64,000 nt of DNA, taken from an uncultured Actinomycetes bacterium (GTDB taxonomy: Bacteria; Actinomycetota; Thermoleophilia; Gaiellales; Gaiellaceae). The notes under the pieces were generated by a model, which saw nothing but the letters and a program-made list of their open reading frames with translations, was not told where the DNA came from and made no database searches. A program made the translations under genes and the position numbers. The DNA lies in contig CAWBVO010000028.1 of the NCBI GenBank assembly GCA_963792245.1, forward strand, positions 3,103 through 67,102. The letters are read 5' to 3'. Shown piece after piece: positions 19,136 through 29,579 of the stretch; position 1 is the stretch's first letter, and every line of letters starts with the position of its first letter.

Positions 19136-19798
19136 CTACCGCACCGCCCGCGCGAGGCAAACGACCTCGACCGCTCCGGCGCCCGCTTTCCGCAGCGCCG
19201 TCGCGCAGGCCGCGGCCGTGGCCCCCGTCGTGTAGACGTCGTCGACGAGCACGACACGCCCTCGTGCCTGACCGCGTGCGCGGAAGAGGCCGCGGACGTT
19301 CGTCCTCCGCTCTGCTTGGGCGAGGCCGGCCTGGCGACGCCCGCTCCCGCTCCGCTCGAGCAGCGGCGCGACGGGGATGCCCCAGACGGCGCCGAGCTCC
19401 CGCGCAAGGCGGGCGGCGGGCACGTGACCGCGGTTCCTGCCCCGTTCCCGGTCACCGGGGACAAACGTGAGGATGTCGGCCTGCGGACGCGGCACGGCGC
19501 GTTCGACGATCGTCGCAAACGGCCCCGCGAGGTCGCGGCGACCGCGCTCCTTCCATGCCGAGACGAGCGGCCGGGCTCGTGCGTCGTAGACGATCGCGGC
19601 CCGCGCCGTCGCGAAGCCCAGCCTGCGGCCGGTGCACTCCACGCAGCGCCGCACCGGCCACGCGCCGGGACAGCCGCACCGCTCGCAGACGGGCGGCGCG
19701 ATGCGAACGAGCGCGGCGGCGCACGCGGCGCACAGCGCGTCCCCCGGGACGCCGCATCCCGCGCAGCGGATCGGGAGCACCAGCCCGAGCAGGCCCAC
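19136..19798 (-). CDS. comF: ComF family phosphoribosyltransferase-like protein
   Basis: N-terminal CxxC zinc-ribbon motifs and VLVDDVYTTGAT PRPP-binding loop. Confidence 0.9.
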   Translation of the reverse strand: MGLLGLVLPIRCAGCGVPGDALCAACAAALVRIAPPVCERCGCPGAWPVRRCVECTGRRLGFATARAAIVYDARARPLVSAWKERGRRDLAGPFATIVERAVPRPQADILTFVPGDRERGRNRGHVPAARLARELGAVWGIPVAPLLERSGSGRRQAGLAQAERRTNVRGLFRARGQARGRVVLVDDVYTTGATAAACATALRKAGAGAVEVVCLARAVR

Positions 19799-19858
19799 GT
19801 CTCGACGCTATGCGGCGAGAGGTGACGTCTTCGCGCCGGCTACGTGACGATTTCCTGC

Positions 19859-20965
19859 CTACTCGAGGACGGAGGCGTCGAGCATCCCGCGGAGGTCCGA
19901 CTCGACGCGCGCGCGATCCTCGGGCTCCTTGATCGGGAAGAACCGCCCGCGCGCGCCGGTGCGAGGCACCTCGAGGAACGTCGTGTCGAGCTCCCACGAC
20001 GCATGGTGGTACAGCCGCTCGAGCTGCACGGCGGTCCGGTCTGCGACCGTCTTCCGCACGTAGAGCCAGCGCAGGTCGAACGCGCGGTCGAGTGCCTCGA
20101 GACGCAGCATCGCGGTGTTCGTGTTGAAGACCGGGAACTGGCCCTGGTCGACGTCCGGCGGGAACTCGGGGCCCTCGAGGAGGCCGAGACGGCCGTCGAC
20201 ACGGGCCGGCGCTCCACCCAGGTCGCCCTCCTTCGCGGCCACCTCGACCGTCATCGCGCGGCCGGCAACCAGATGGGCCCCGACGACCACGGGATCGAGG
20301 CGAGCTCCGAGGTTGTCGACGTTCGACACCGCGACATGCTCCACTCCCTGTCCGCGCAGGCCGGCAAGGATGCCCGAGCGCCGAAGCGCGCCGAGCACGT
20401 CGCCGTGGCCGGGCGCGTACAGCGACGGCGCGCCGTCCTCGAGAAACAGGTCGCCACCCTCCGTCAGCCGCAGCGACACGCTCTGCGAGAACCAGAGAGG
20501 CTCGGGGACGTCGAGGCCCGCGACGTGGAGGCGCGTCTCGTCCTCGGTCTGGAAGCTCGTCATCAGCGCCACCGGGATCTGCGTCTCGAGGGCGCGCCCG
20601 AGCTTCGCCGTCTCACCGAGCTTCCAGGAGAGGAAGCTCCGCCCGTCCAGCGCCTCGACGGCGCCCTTGACGACGCCTCCGAAGCGTGTCGCCATCCCAC
20701 CTGCGAGCACGATCTGCGCGACCCGCCCGGACGCAAGCGCGTCGAGACCCGCCTTGCGCGCGGCGCCCCAGCCCGGTGTGCCCGGCTCCGGGAGACTGGT
20801 GACGTCCTCCTCCCGCGGCGGCTCCACCGAGCCGCGGACGACGTTCGACGCGGGCGCGAGCTCGCCGGACGCGACCGCGTGCCGCAGCCGCTCGAAGGTC
20901 TCCGCGTCGAATCCGAACCGCTCGAGCACGGCACGGGTTCGTGCGTCGACCTCGTCGAGGATCAT
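19859..20965 (-). CDS. UTP--glucose-1-phosphate uridylyltransferase, eukaryote-type (UDPGP) family
   Basis: VLAGGMATRF..VK, LMTS, APGHGD, VSNVDNLGA and FNTN motifs. Confidence 0.8.
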   Translation of the reverse strand: MILDEVDARTRAVLERFGFDAETFERLRHAVASGELAPASNVVRGSVEPPREEDVTSLPEPGTPGWGAARKAGLDALASGRVAQIVLAGGMATRFGGVVKGAVEALDGRSFLSWKLGETAKLGRALETQIPVALMTSFQTEDETRLHVAGLDVPEPLWFSQSVSLRLTEGGDLFLEDGAPSLYAPGHGDVLGALRRSGILAGLRGQGVEHVAVSNVDNLGARLDPVVVGAHLVAGRAMTVEVAAKEGDLGGAPARVDGRLGLLEGPEFPPDVDQGQFPVFNTNTAMLRLEALDRAFDLRWLYVRKTVADRTAVQLERLYHHASWELDTTFLEVPRTGARGRFFPIKEPEDRARVESDLRGMLDASVLE

Positions 20966-21924
20966 CGTGCCGCCGCGACCGCACGCGGGAGCGACGCGTC
21001 GTACGGCGCCCGATGGACCCCCTCCTCCGTGACGATCGCCGAGACGAGCTCCCCGGGCGTGACGTCGAACGCGGGATTCCGCGCCGCGAAGCGAGACGTC
21101 ACCTCGGATGGGTCGCGCTCCTCGATCGGGATCGCGGTGCCGGTCGCTGCCGCCGGATCGAGCGTCGACGTGGGCGCGACGACGACGAGCGGCAGCCCGT
21201 GGTGCCGCGCGGCGACGGCGAGGGCGTACGTACCGATCTTGTTCGCGGTGTCACCGTTCGCCGCGATCCGGTCGGCCCCCGTCACGACCAGGTCGACCTC
21301 GCCGCGCGCCATGAGCGAGGCGGCGGCGCCGTCGACGACCACCGCATACGGGATGCCGAGCTGCTCCAGCTCCCATGCGGTGAGCCGAGCGCCCTGGAGG
21401 AGCGGCCGCGTCTCGTCCACCCAGACGTGCGCGACGAGACCCGCCTCGTACGCGGCCCGCACGGCGCCGAGCGCGGTGCCGTAGCCGCCGGTCGCGAGCG
21501 CGCCGGCGTTGCAGTGCGTCAGGACGCGCGCAGCGGGCGGGAACAGCTCGACCGCGTGCGCGCCCATCTGCCGGCAGCGATCGACCTCGTCCGCGTGGAT
21601 CCGCTCGGCGCGCTCGCGTGTCGGCTCGTCGCGCATCGCCTCGAGCGCCCAGCGGAGATTCACCGCTGTCGGACGCGACGACGCGAGCACCGCGAACGCG
21701 GCATCGAGGTCCTCGCCGCGCTCGGCAGCGAGCGCCATCGCATACGCGGCCGCCACACCGATCGCGGGTGCGCCCCGCACCGCGAGCACCCGGATCGCCT
21801 CGGCGACCTCGGGCGTCGACCCGCAGCGCAGGTCGACCTCCTCGTCCGGAAGCCGCCGCTGGTCGAGCAGGACGACGGCGTCGTCCTCGAGCCGGACGAT
21901 CCGGTGCGGTTCGAGTTCGCCCAT
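20962..21924 (-). CDS. mtnA: S-methyl-5-thioribose-1-phosphate isomerase
   Basis: LDQRRLP, VRGAPAIG, SRPTAVNL, THCNAGALAT, DETRPLLQGARLT, GADRIAANGDTANKIGTY. Confidence 0.92.
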   Translation of the reverse strand: MGELEPHRIVRLEDDAVVLLDQRRLPDEEVDLRCGSTPEVAEAIRVLAVRGAPAIGVAAAYAMALAAERGEDLDAAFAVLASSRPTAVNLRWALEAMRDEPTRERAERIHADEVDRCRQMGAHAVELFPPAARVLTHCNAGALATGGYGTALGAVRAAYEAGLVAHVWVDETRPLLQGARLTAWELEQLGIPYAVVVDGAAASLMARGEVDLVVTGADRIAANGDTANKIGTYALAVAARHHGLPLVVVAPTSTLDPAAATGTAIPIEERDPSEVTSRFAARNPAFDVTPGELVSAIVTEEGVHRAPYDASLPRAVAAAR

Positions 21925-21975
21925 CCGCCGCGAGACTAGACGAGCCTCACCCGAGCCCACACCGGGGAGACAGCA

Positions 21976-22014
21976 GCGGACAACGCTTGTGTCGAATCAA
22001 CAAGCGTTGTCCGC
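21976..22014. terminator. perfect 15-bp inverted repeat downstream of ahcY
   Basis: GCGGACAACGCTTGT-(9 nt)-ACAAGCGTTGTCCGC; no U-tract. Confidence 0.55.
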
Positions 22015-22027
22015 CCGGGAGTGCCTC

Positions 22028-23663
<1,636 letters not shown>

Positions 23664-23686
23664 GGGCGCGACCTTACCACAACCGT

Positions 23687-23698
23687 GTCAACCTTGAC
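23687..23698. promoter_or_regulatory. palindrome GTCAA-CC-TTGAC in the merR-ahcY promoter
   Basis: Lies just upstream of a TAAGGT -10 that is 7 nt before the MerR GTG. Confidence 0.4.
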
Positions 23699-23705
23699 CT
23701 GCGGC

Positions 23706-24101
23706 CTACGGGGTGCTCGTGCCCTCGCGTCCATAGCTGTCCTCGAGGCGCACGACGTCGTCCAGCTCTGGCGTCGAGACCTCGAGGATCAGCGTGTCCT
23801 CGATCGCCGTCACGCGGTGGACGGTCCCGGGCGGGTAGCGGAATGCGTCGTCCGCACCGATCTCGAGGGTCTCGCGCCCGCCGCCCAGCGCGCCGAGCTC
23901 GAGCGAGGCGCGGCCCCGCTGGACGAGCCAGGACTCGTCCTTGACCTCGTGGTACTGGAGGCTCAACGACTGTCCCGCGCGGACGAACAGCAGCTTGCCG
24001 ACGTACGCCTCGGCCTCCGCCCAGACGAGCTCCCAGCCCCAGGGCTTCTCGACCCGGCGCGGCGTCACCCCGTACCTGCTCCGCGCGGTGCCGTCACTCA
24101 T
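23706..24101 (-). CDS. cupin domain protein (mannose-6-phosphate isomerase type II C-terminal-like)
   Basis: VEKPWG, LSLQYH..KDESW, PGTVHR. Confidence 0.8.
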   Translation of the reverse strand: MSDGTARSRYGVTPRRVEKPWGWELVWAEAEAYVGKLLFVRAGQSLSLQYHEVKDESWLVQRGRASLELGALGGGRETLEIGADDAFRYPPGTVHRVTAIEDTLILEVSTPELDDVVRLEDSYGREGTSTP

Positions 24102-24790
24102 GCGAGCCAGTCCCGGTGCTCGGCGACGTACTCGTCCGCATGCCTGAGCTCCTTCGGCGTGTTCACCGTCAGCCACAGACCGGTGTGCCGGAACGCGCGC
24201 AGCCGTCCCTCCGCCGCCAGCTCGGGAAACGTCGTCGACTCGTGGTCGCCCTTCTCGGGGAACCGCGACAGCGCTTCCTCGGAGAGGGCGTAGATCCCGC
24301 AGTTGACCCAGTACGGCACCCGGGACGCCTCGTGGAATCCCGTGACGACGTCGTCGTCGGTGAGGTCGACCTGGCCGAACTGCGACGGCGGCCGGGCCAC
24401 GGTCACGGTCGCCGCGGCCCCGCTCGTCCGATGACGGTCGAGCAACGCTTCGAAGTCGACGTCGATCAGCTCGTCCCCGTTCATCGCGAGGACGTCGCCC
24501 CCGTCACGGCGGAACCCCGCTGCGTAGCGGATCCCGCCGCCGCGACCGAGCCGCTCGGGCTCACCGGCACACACGAGCTCGACCCCGGCGTCCCCTAGAC
24601 CGTCGACGAACGCTTCTTCCTGCCCGCCGAGGCAGCTGACGATGACGCGATCCACGCCGGCGCGGGCGAGTCGGGCGACCTGCCAGGCGAGCAGAGGCCG
24701 CCCTCCGACCGGGACGAGCGACTTCGGGCCACCGCCCGCCGCGTCGCCGAGCCGCTCAGCCTTCCCGCCCGCGAGAACGATGGCCTCCAT
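24098..24790 (-). CDS. sugar-phosphate nucleotidyltransferase
   Basis: MEAIVLAGGKAERL...PKSLVPVGGRP, EPERLGRGG, MNGD. Confidence 0.86.
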   Translation of the reverse strand: MEAIVLAGGKAERLGDAAGGGPKSLVPVGGRPLLAWQVARLARAGVDRVIVSCLGGQEEAFVDGLGDAGVELVCAGEPERLGRGGGIRYAAGFRRDGGDVLAMNGDELIDVDFEALLDRHRTSGAAATVTVARPPSQFGQVDLTDDDVVTGFHEASRVPYWVNCGIYALSEEALSRFPEKGDHESTTFPELAAEGRLRAFRHTGLWLTVNTPKELRHADEYVAEHRDWLA

Positions 24791-26091
24791 CAGCGTGGGC
24801 CGTTGGTCGCGGCGCGTCCGATCGCGTCGTACTGGAAGCCGGCTGCGCGCATCGAGTCGGGGTCGAGCATGTTGCGGCCGTCGACGATCACCGGGCGGCG
24901 CATCGCCGCGGCGATCGCGGGCCAGTCGACGTCGGCGAGCTCCGGCCACTCGGTGACGAGGACGACCGCGTCGGCCCCGCGGGTGGCCGCCTCGACGGTC
25001 GCGACCTGCTCGACGCCCGCCAGGCCGTCGATCCGTGCGACCGGGTCCCAGGCGACGACGTCGGCGCCCTCGGAGAGCAGCCGCCCGGCGAGGACGAACG
25101 CCGGCGCCTCGCGCGTGTCGTCGGTGTGCGGCTTGAACGCGAGCCCGAGCAGCGCGATGCGCTTGCCGCGCAACGACCCGAGCCGGTCTGCGAGCTTCCC
25201 GATCACCCGCCGCTTTTGCAGCTCGTTGACCTCGATCACGGCGTTCAGCACCTGGAAGTGGTATCCGGAGTTCGCCGCGAGCTGCTTGAGCGCGAGCGAG
25301 TCCTTCGGGAAGCAGCTGCCGCCGAAGCCGACGCCGGCACGGAGGAAGCTCTTGCCGATGCGGCGGTCGTGGCCGATCCCCTCCGCGACCTTCACGACGT
25401 CGGCGCCCGTCGCCTCGCAGACGTTCGCGATCTCGTTGATGAAGGAGATCCGCGTCATGAGCGCCGCGTTCGCCGCGAGCTTGATCATCTCGGCGGACGC
25501 GACGTCGGCCTTGACGACGGGCGCGTCGATACCGCGATGGAGCTCCTCCACCGCCTCGCCGTCGGCGGCGTCGAAGGCCCCGATCACGATCCGGTCGGGC
25601 TCCATGAAGTCCTTCACCGCCGTCCCCTCGGCCGTGAACTCCGGGTTCGAGGCGTAGCCGACGTGACCGAGCCCGCGCTCGTCGAGGCGGTGGCGCACCT
25701 TCTCGCCCGTGCCGACCGGGACGGTGGACTTCATGACCACGATGACCTTCTGGTCGACCGGCGGCAGCTCGTCGACGACCGTCCAGACGGCCGAGAGGTC
25801 GGCGTCGCCGGAAAAGGTCGGCGGCGTCCCGACGGCGACGTAGACGAACTCGGCGCCGTCGATCGCCTCCGCCACGTCGAGCGTGAAGGCCAGCCGCTCG
25901 CGGTTGCGGAGCAGGAGTGCGTCGAGCCCCGGCTCGTAGATCGGCACCTCGCCGCGACGGAGCCCGTCGATCCGCTCGGGGAGGACGTCGCGCACCGTGA
26001 CCTCGTGGCCGAGCTCGGCGAAGCAGGCCCCCGTCACGAGCCCGACGTAGCCGGCGCCGAAGACGGCGATGCGCTTGCTCGGTACGGCCAT
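24790..26091 (-). CDS. ugd: UDP-glucose/GDP-mannose 6-dehydrogenase
   Basis: GAGYVG, KSTVPVGT, SNPEF, KLAANA, GFGGSCFPKD, GLAFKP.TDD.RE; ATG 26091. Confidence 0.92.
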   Translation of the reverse strand: MAVPSKRIAVFGAGYVGLVTGACFAELGHEVTVRDVLPERIDGLRRGEVPIYEPGLDALLLRNRERLAFTLDVAEAIDGAEFVYVAVGTPPTFSGDADLSAVWTVVDELPPVDQKVIVVMKSTVPVGTGEKVRHRLDERGLGHVGYASNPEFTAEGTAVKDFMEPDRIVIGAFDAADGEAVEELHRGIDAPVVKADVASAEMIKLAANAALMTRISFINEIANVCEATGADVVKVAEGIGHDRRIGKSFLRAGVGFGGSCFPKDSLALKQLAANSGYHFQVLNAVIEVNELQKRRVIGKLADRLGSLRGKRIALLGLAFKPHTDDTREAPAFVLAGRLLSEGADVVAWDPVARIDGLAGVEQVATVEAATRGADAVVLVTEWPELADVDWPAIAAAMRRPVIVDGRNMLDPDSMRAAGFQYDAIGRAATNGPR

Positions 26092-26126
26092 ATCGGGCCG
26101 CACGATAGTCGCGGGAAGGGGTGGCG

Positions 26127-28067
26127 CTACGAGGTGGTGACCTGCGCGAGCGGCTTGAGGCCCTTCGCGATCGCGATCATCGTCTCGTTCGAGAGGCGGT
26201 CGAGCAGAGTGTTGACGACCCAGTAGGTCGCGCCGTCGGTGCGCAGCACGACCATGTGGAGGTTGGGGCCGTTGTAGTACAGCTCGTAGCGCCGACCGCC
26301 GATCTTCCGGACGAAGTTGCGGCCGCTCAGTACCGGCGCCGCGTCCCAGTCGGTCATCTCGACGCCCCAGTACTGGTTCCCTCCGACCCGGTACGTCAGC
26401 CGGACGGCCGAGTGCTCCTTGTCGGGGTCGATCTTGTAGACGCGGATCGGCATCTCGGAGTCGATCCAGGACGAGCGCTCGATCCTCGTCGGCACCATCA
26501 ACGGGAAGTCGATCTGGCGGCGGTAGCGTCGGAGCTGGTCGACGGCGGCGCTCGCGCCCGAGACGACGTTCGCGGGCTTGCGGTCGGGCGTCTGGTCGAT
26601 GGGCGCAGCGGCGAGGCGCCCGTGGAAGGTCTGCCCGAGCACCACGGTCAGCATCGCGCCGTTCGACAGCCGCCGGATCTTCGGGATGACCTTCACGATG
26701 TCGGCGGAGCCGAAGAGGGCCGCGAGCTTCGAGGCGGCGGGCTTCGCACCCGTCACCCTCGGGTCGAAGTAGACCTGCGTGCGGAAGTAGTCGTAGCTCG
26801 GCGCGTCCGCGCGAAGGCCGTTCGCGGGGACGATCGTCCGGTAGCCGCGCTGGCCCACGAGGTACGTCGCGCTCGACGCTGCACCCTCCACCCCGTTCCC
26901 GTTGAGGACGAGGACGCTCGTCTCGCGCGGGCTCGGCGCTTTCTCCTTCGGCTTCTCGCCGAGCGCTACGGCGGTCGCCTTCTCGGGCGAGTCGATGTCG
27001 GGATTCCGGAACTCGCGCACCGCCTTCTGGATGTTGTCGGTCGCGGTCGTCAGGTCCGCGTACCCCTCGAGGCCGTCGATGCGGGACTGGAAGACGTGAC
27101 CCGGCGGAAGCGAGTAGGCAAGTGCCGCGTAGCGCAGCACGGTCTTCGCACTGACGTCCTTGCCGCCGCCCTGACCGACCTCGACGTTCGAGGTGACCAC
27201 CTTGATCACCTGCGGCAGCTTCGTGAGCGATACCGAGTGCTCGATCTGGTCCTTGAACGACCTGACGAACAGCTGCTGGCGTGCGTTCCGGTAGATGTCG
27301 GAGTCCGTGTGGCGGAACCGTACGAAGTCGAGGGCGTGCGTCCCGTTCAGCCGCTGATAGCCCGGCTGGAGGTTGATCTTGGCGTAGCCGCTCGGGCCCC
27401 CGTGGTCGTTGTAGTAGCGCCGATCCACGTCGAGCCAGACACCGCCGAGCTTGTCGACGAGCTGGCGGAAGCCGCGGAAGTTGATCGTGACGATGTAGTT
27501 GATCGGCAGCCCCGTGAGGGCGCGGACGGTCCGGAGCGAGCCCACCGCGCCGCAGGTGGCGTAGGCGGCGTTGATCTTCGCGACGAACGGCGCCTGGCCC
27601 GGGCAGTCGATGGGGACGTTGAGGTCGCGCGGGAACGAGAGCAGCGAGATCGTCTTCTCGCCGGGATCCGCGCGGACGAGCATCAGCGTGTCCGAGCGTG
27701 ACGGCGTGTTCTTCCCCTCGTCCGCCCGGTGGTCGTAGCCGAGCACGAGGGCGGTCGCGGGCTCGCCGGGAAGCGCGATCTGGAGCGACTTGAGCGCCTT
27801 CTTCACCTCGGCCGAGCGCGGCGCCACGGCGGCGACGGTCTCGTGGAGGTAGAGGTAGGCGCCGCCGGCGGTGCCGCCGACGAGGACGGCGAGGACGAGC
27901 GCCGACCACCCGAGGATCGCGAGCGCGAGCGAGCGGCCGTTCCGGGTCGGGGGCGGCGGCTGGCGGTAGACCGTGACCGCCCCGAGCGGCGCCGGCGGGA
28001 TCGCAGCGCGGCCGTTGCCGTTCAGCGTCGCGCCGCGGCCGACTCCTCTCTTCAGTGTCGTTCGCAT
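26127..28067 (-). CDS. LCP (LytR-CpsA-Psr) family glycopolymer transferase with LytR_C domain
   Basis: One TM; RSDTLML, SFPRD, KINAAY, FVRFRH..SD..R..RQQ; VLVLNGNG..GAA LytR_C domain. Confidence 0.9.
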   Translation of the reverse strand: MRTTLKRGVGRGATLNGNGRAAIPPAPLGAVTVYRQPPPPTRNGRSLALAILGWSALVLAVLVGGTAGGAYLYLHETVAAVAPRSAEVKKALKSLQIALPGEPATALVLGYDHRADEGKNTPSRSDTLMLVRADPGEKTISLLSFPRDLNVPIDCPGQAPFVAKINAAYATCGAVGSLRTVRALTGLPINYIVTINFRGFRQLVDKLGGVWLDVDRRYYNDHGGPSGYAKINLQPGYQRLNGTHALDFVRFRHTDSDIYRNARQQLFVRSFKDQIEHSVSLTKLPQVIKVVTSNVEVGQGGGKDVSAKTVLRYAALAYSLPPGHVFQSRIDGLEGYADLTTATDNIQKAVREFRNPDIDSPEKATAVALGEKPKEKAPSPRETSVLVLNGNGVEGAASSATYLVGQRGYRTIVPANGLRADAPSYDYFRTQVYFDPRVTGAKPAASKLAALFGSADIVKVIPKIRRLSNGAMLTVVLGQTFHGRLAAAPIDQTPDRKPANVVSGASAAVDQLRRYRRQIDFPLMVPTRIERSSWIDSEMPIRVYKIDPDKEHSAVRLTYRVGGNQYWGVEMTDWDAAPVLSGRNFVRKIGGRRYELYYNGPNLHMVVLRTDGATYWVVNTLLDRLSNETMIAIAKGLKPLAQVTTS

Positions 28068-28128
28068 GAGAAGAAGGGCGACGTGCGCCCGAGGGACTGA
28101 ACGGTAGCCAACGGCCCGGAGGGGCCTG

Positions 28129-29250
28129 TTAGGCCTTGGAGAAGACGGCCGCGAGCTGCTCGCCGAGGAAGGCGATCTCCTCGGGCGTCCCGGCCGTGAT
28201 GCGAAGGGCAGTCGGGGCGCCGAACGCGCCCATCGGCCGGACGATCACGCCGCGGCGCAGAAGCGCGTCGTACAGCGCCTCCGCGTCCTCGCCGACGTCG
28301 ACGAAGAGGAAGTTGCCGACAGCCGGGCCGACCGGGTCGAAGCCGTGCACGCGCAGCACCGTCTCGAGGGCCGCCATCGCCTCCCGGTTCACCGCGCGCC
28401 GCCGCGCGAGCTCCGCGCTCCCGTCGAGGCTCGCGAGCGCGGCTTCCTGCGCCGGGGTCGTGACGTCGAACGCGCGCTGGACCTTCCGCATCGCCGTGAT
28501 CACATCCGCGGGCCCGACGCCGTAGCCGATCCGGAGCCCCGCGAGCCCGTAGATCTTCGAGAAGGTGCGGAGGGCGAGGACGCGGCGCCCCTGCTTGGCC
28601 GCCTCCTCGATCGCGTCGGGGAAGCCCGGGTCGTCGACGTACTGGAGGTACGCCTCGTCCACGACCGTGAGGACGTGTCCCGGCACCGCGTCGAGGAAGC
28701 GCATCACGTCCGCGCGAGGCGTCATCGTCCCGCTCGGGTTGTTCACCGTCGGGAGGAACGCGAGCTTCGTCCGTCCGGTCACCGCGGCGAGCATCGCGTC
28801 GACGTCGACGCGGCCGTCGGCGAGCTCGATCCGCGCCGTCACGGCACCCAGCTTGAGCGGGTCGAGCACGTAGCTCGGGAAGGACGGCCAGGGCGTCACG
28901 ATCTCGTCGCCCGGGTCGAGCGTCGCCTGACAGGCGTAGCCGATGACGGCGTCCGCGCCGGCGGCAACGATCAGCTCCCCGAACGCAACGCCGTGACGGC
29001 CGGAGAGCTGCTCGCGGAGGCGGTAGCAGCCGCCGTCCGGATACCGGTTCGAGTCGCCGAGCGCCCGCTCGATCGCCTCGATCGCCTCCGGGAACGGCCC
29101 GAACGGGCCCTCGTTCGACGCGAGCTTGACGACGCGGTCCAGGCCGAGCTCCCGCTGGACGGTCTCGACCGGCTTTCCCGGCTCGTAGGGGACGAGGTCG
29201 CCGAGCGCCGGGCGAACGATCGCCGGCCCGGGCCCTGCGATCGGGGTCAC
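28129..29250 (-). CDS. hisC: histidinol-phosphate aminotransferase-like PLP enzyme
   Basis: KLASNE, RYPD, NNPSG, VDEAY, RTFSKIYGLAGLRIGY; GTG 29250. Confidence 0.85.
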   Translation of the reverse strand: MTPIAGPGPAIVRPALGDLVPYEPGKPVETVQRELGLDRVVKLASNEGPFGPFPEAIEAIERALGDSNRYPDGGCYRLREQLSGRHGVAFGELIVAAGADAVIGYACQATLDPGDEIVTPWPSFPSYVLDPLKLGAVTARIELADGRVDVDAMLAAVTGRTKLAFLPTVNNPSGTMTPRADVMRFLDAVPGHVLTVVDEAYLQYVDDPGFPDAIEEAAKQGRRVLALRTFSKIYGLAGLRIGYGVGPADVITAMRKVQRAFDVTTPAQEAALASLDGSAELARRRAVNREAMAALETVLRVHGFDPVGPAVGNFLFVDVGEDAEALYDALLRRGVIVRPMGAFGAPTALRITAGTPEEIAFLGEQLAAVFSKA

Positions 29251-29570
29251 GCCGCGGAGGCGTCGGCGGACGGGCCCGCGGGAGCGGGCGGCGCCGCGGA
29301 GGCGTCGGCGGACGGGCCCGCAGGAGCGGGCGGCGCCGACGGCAGCGGCTCGGGCTCGTCGGATCCGGCAGCCAGCCTGCGCCACGTCACGAGCCCACCG
29401 GCGATGACGCCGACGAGGAGCAACGCGCCGAAGACCGCACGGAGCCGGCCGCGCCGGGCCGCCGCGCCCGAGGCGACGTTCGACGCCGCGTGCGACGCCC
29501 GCCGTCTGACCTCCCGCCGGACGATCCACCAGCCGATCGCCCACAGCATCGCGTTGCGCCTGCTCTTCAC
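29247..29570 (-). CDS. small single-TM protein with Pro/Ala-rich tail
   Basis: 107 aa, hydrophobic segment VFGALLLVGVIAGGLVTW, GTGA overlap with hisC. Confidence 0.68.
   Translation of the reverse strand: MKSRRNAMLWAIGWWIVRREVRRRASHAASNVASGAAARRGRLRAVFGALLLVGVIAGGLVTWRRLAAGSDEPEPLPSAPPAPAGPSADASAAPPAPAGPSADASAA
29251..29334. repeat. 42-bp tandem repeat x2 (encodes PPAPAGPSADASAA)
   Basis: 29251-29292 and 29293-29334 differ at one base. Confidence 0.9.
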
Positions 29571-29579
29571 GACTCGAGC

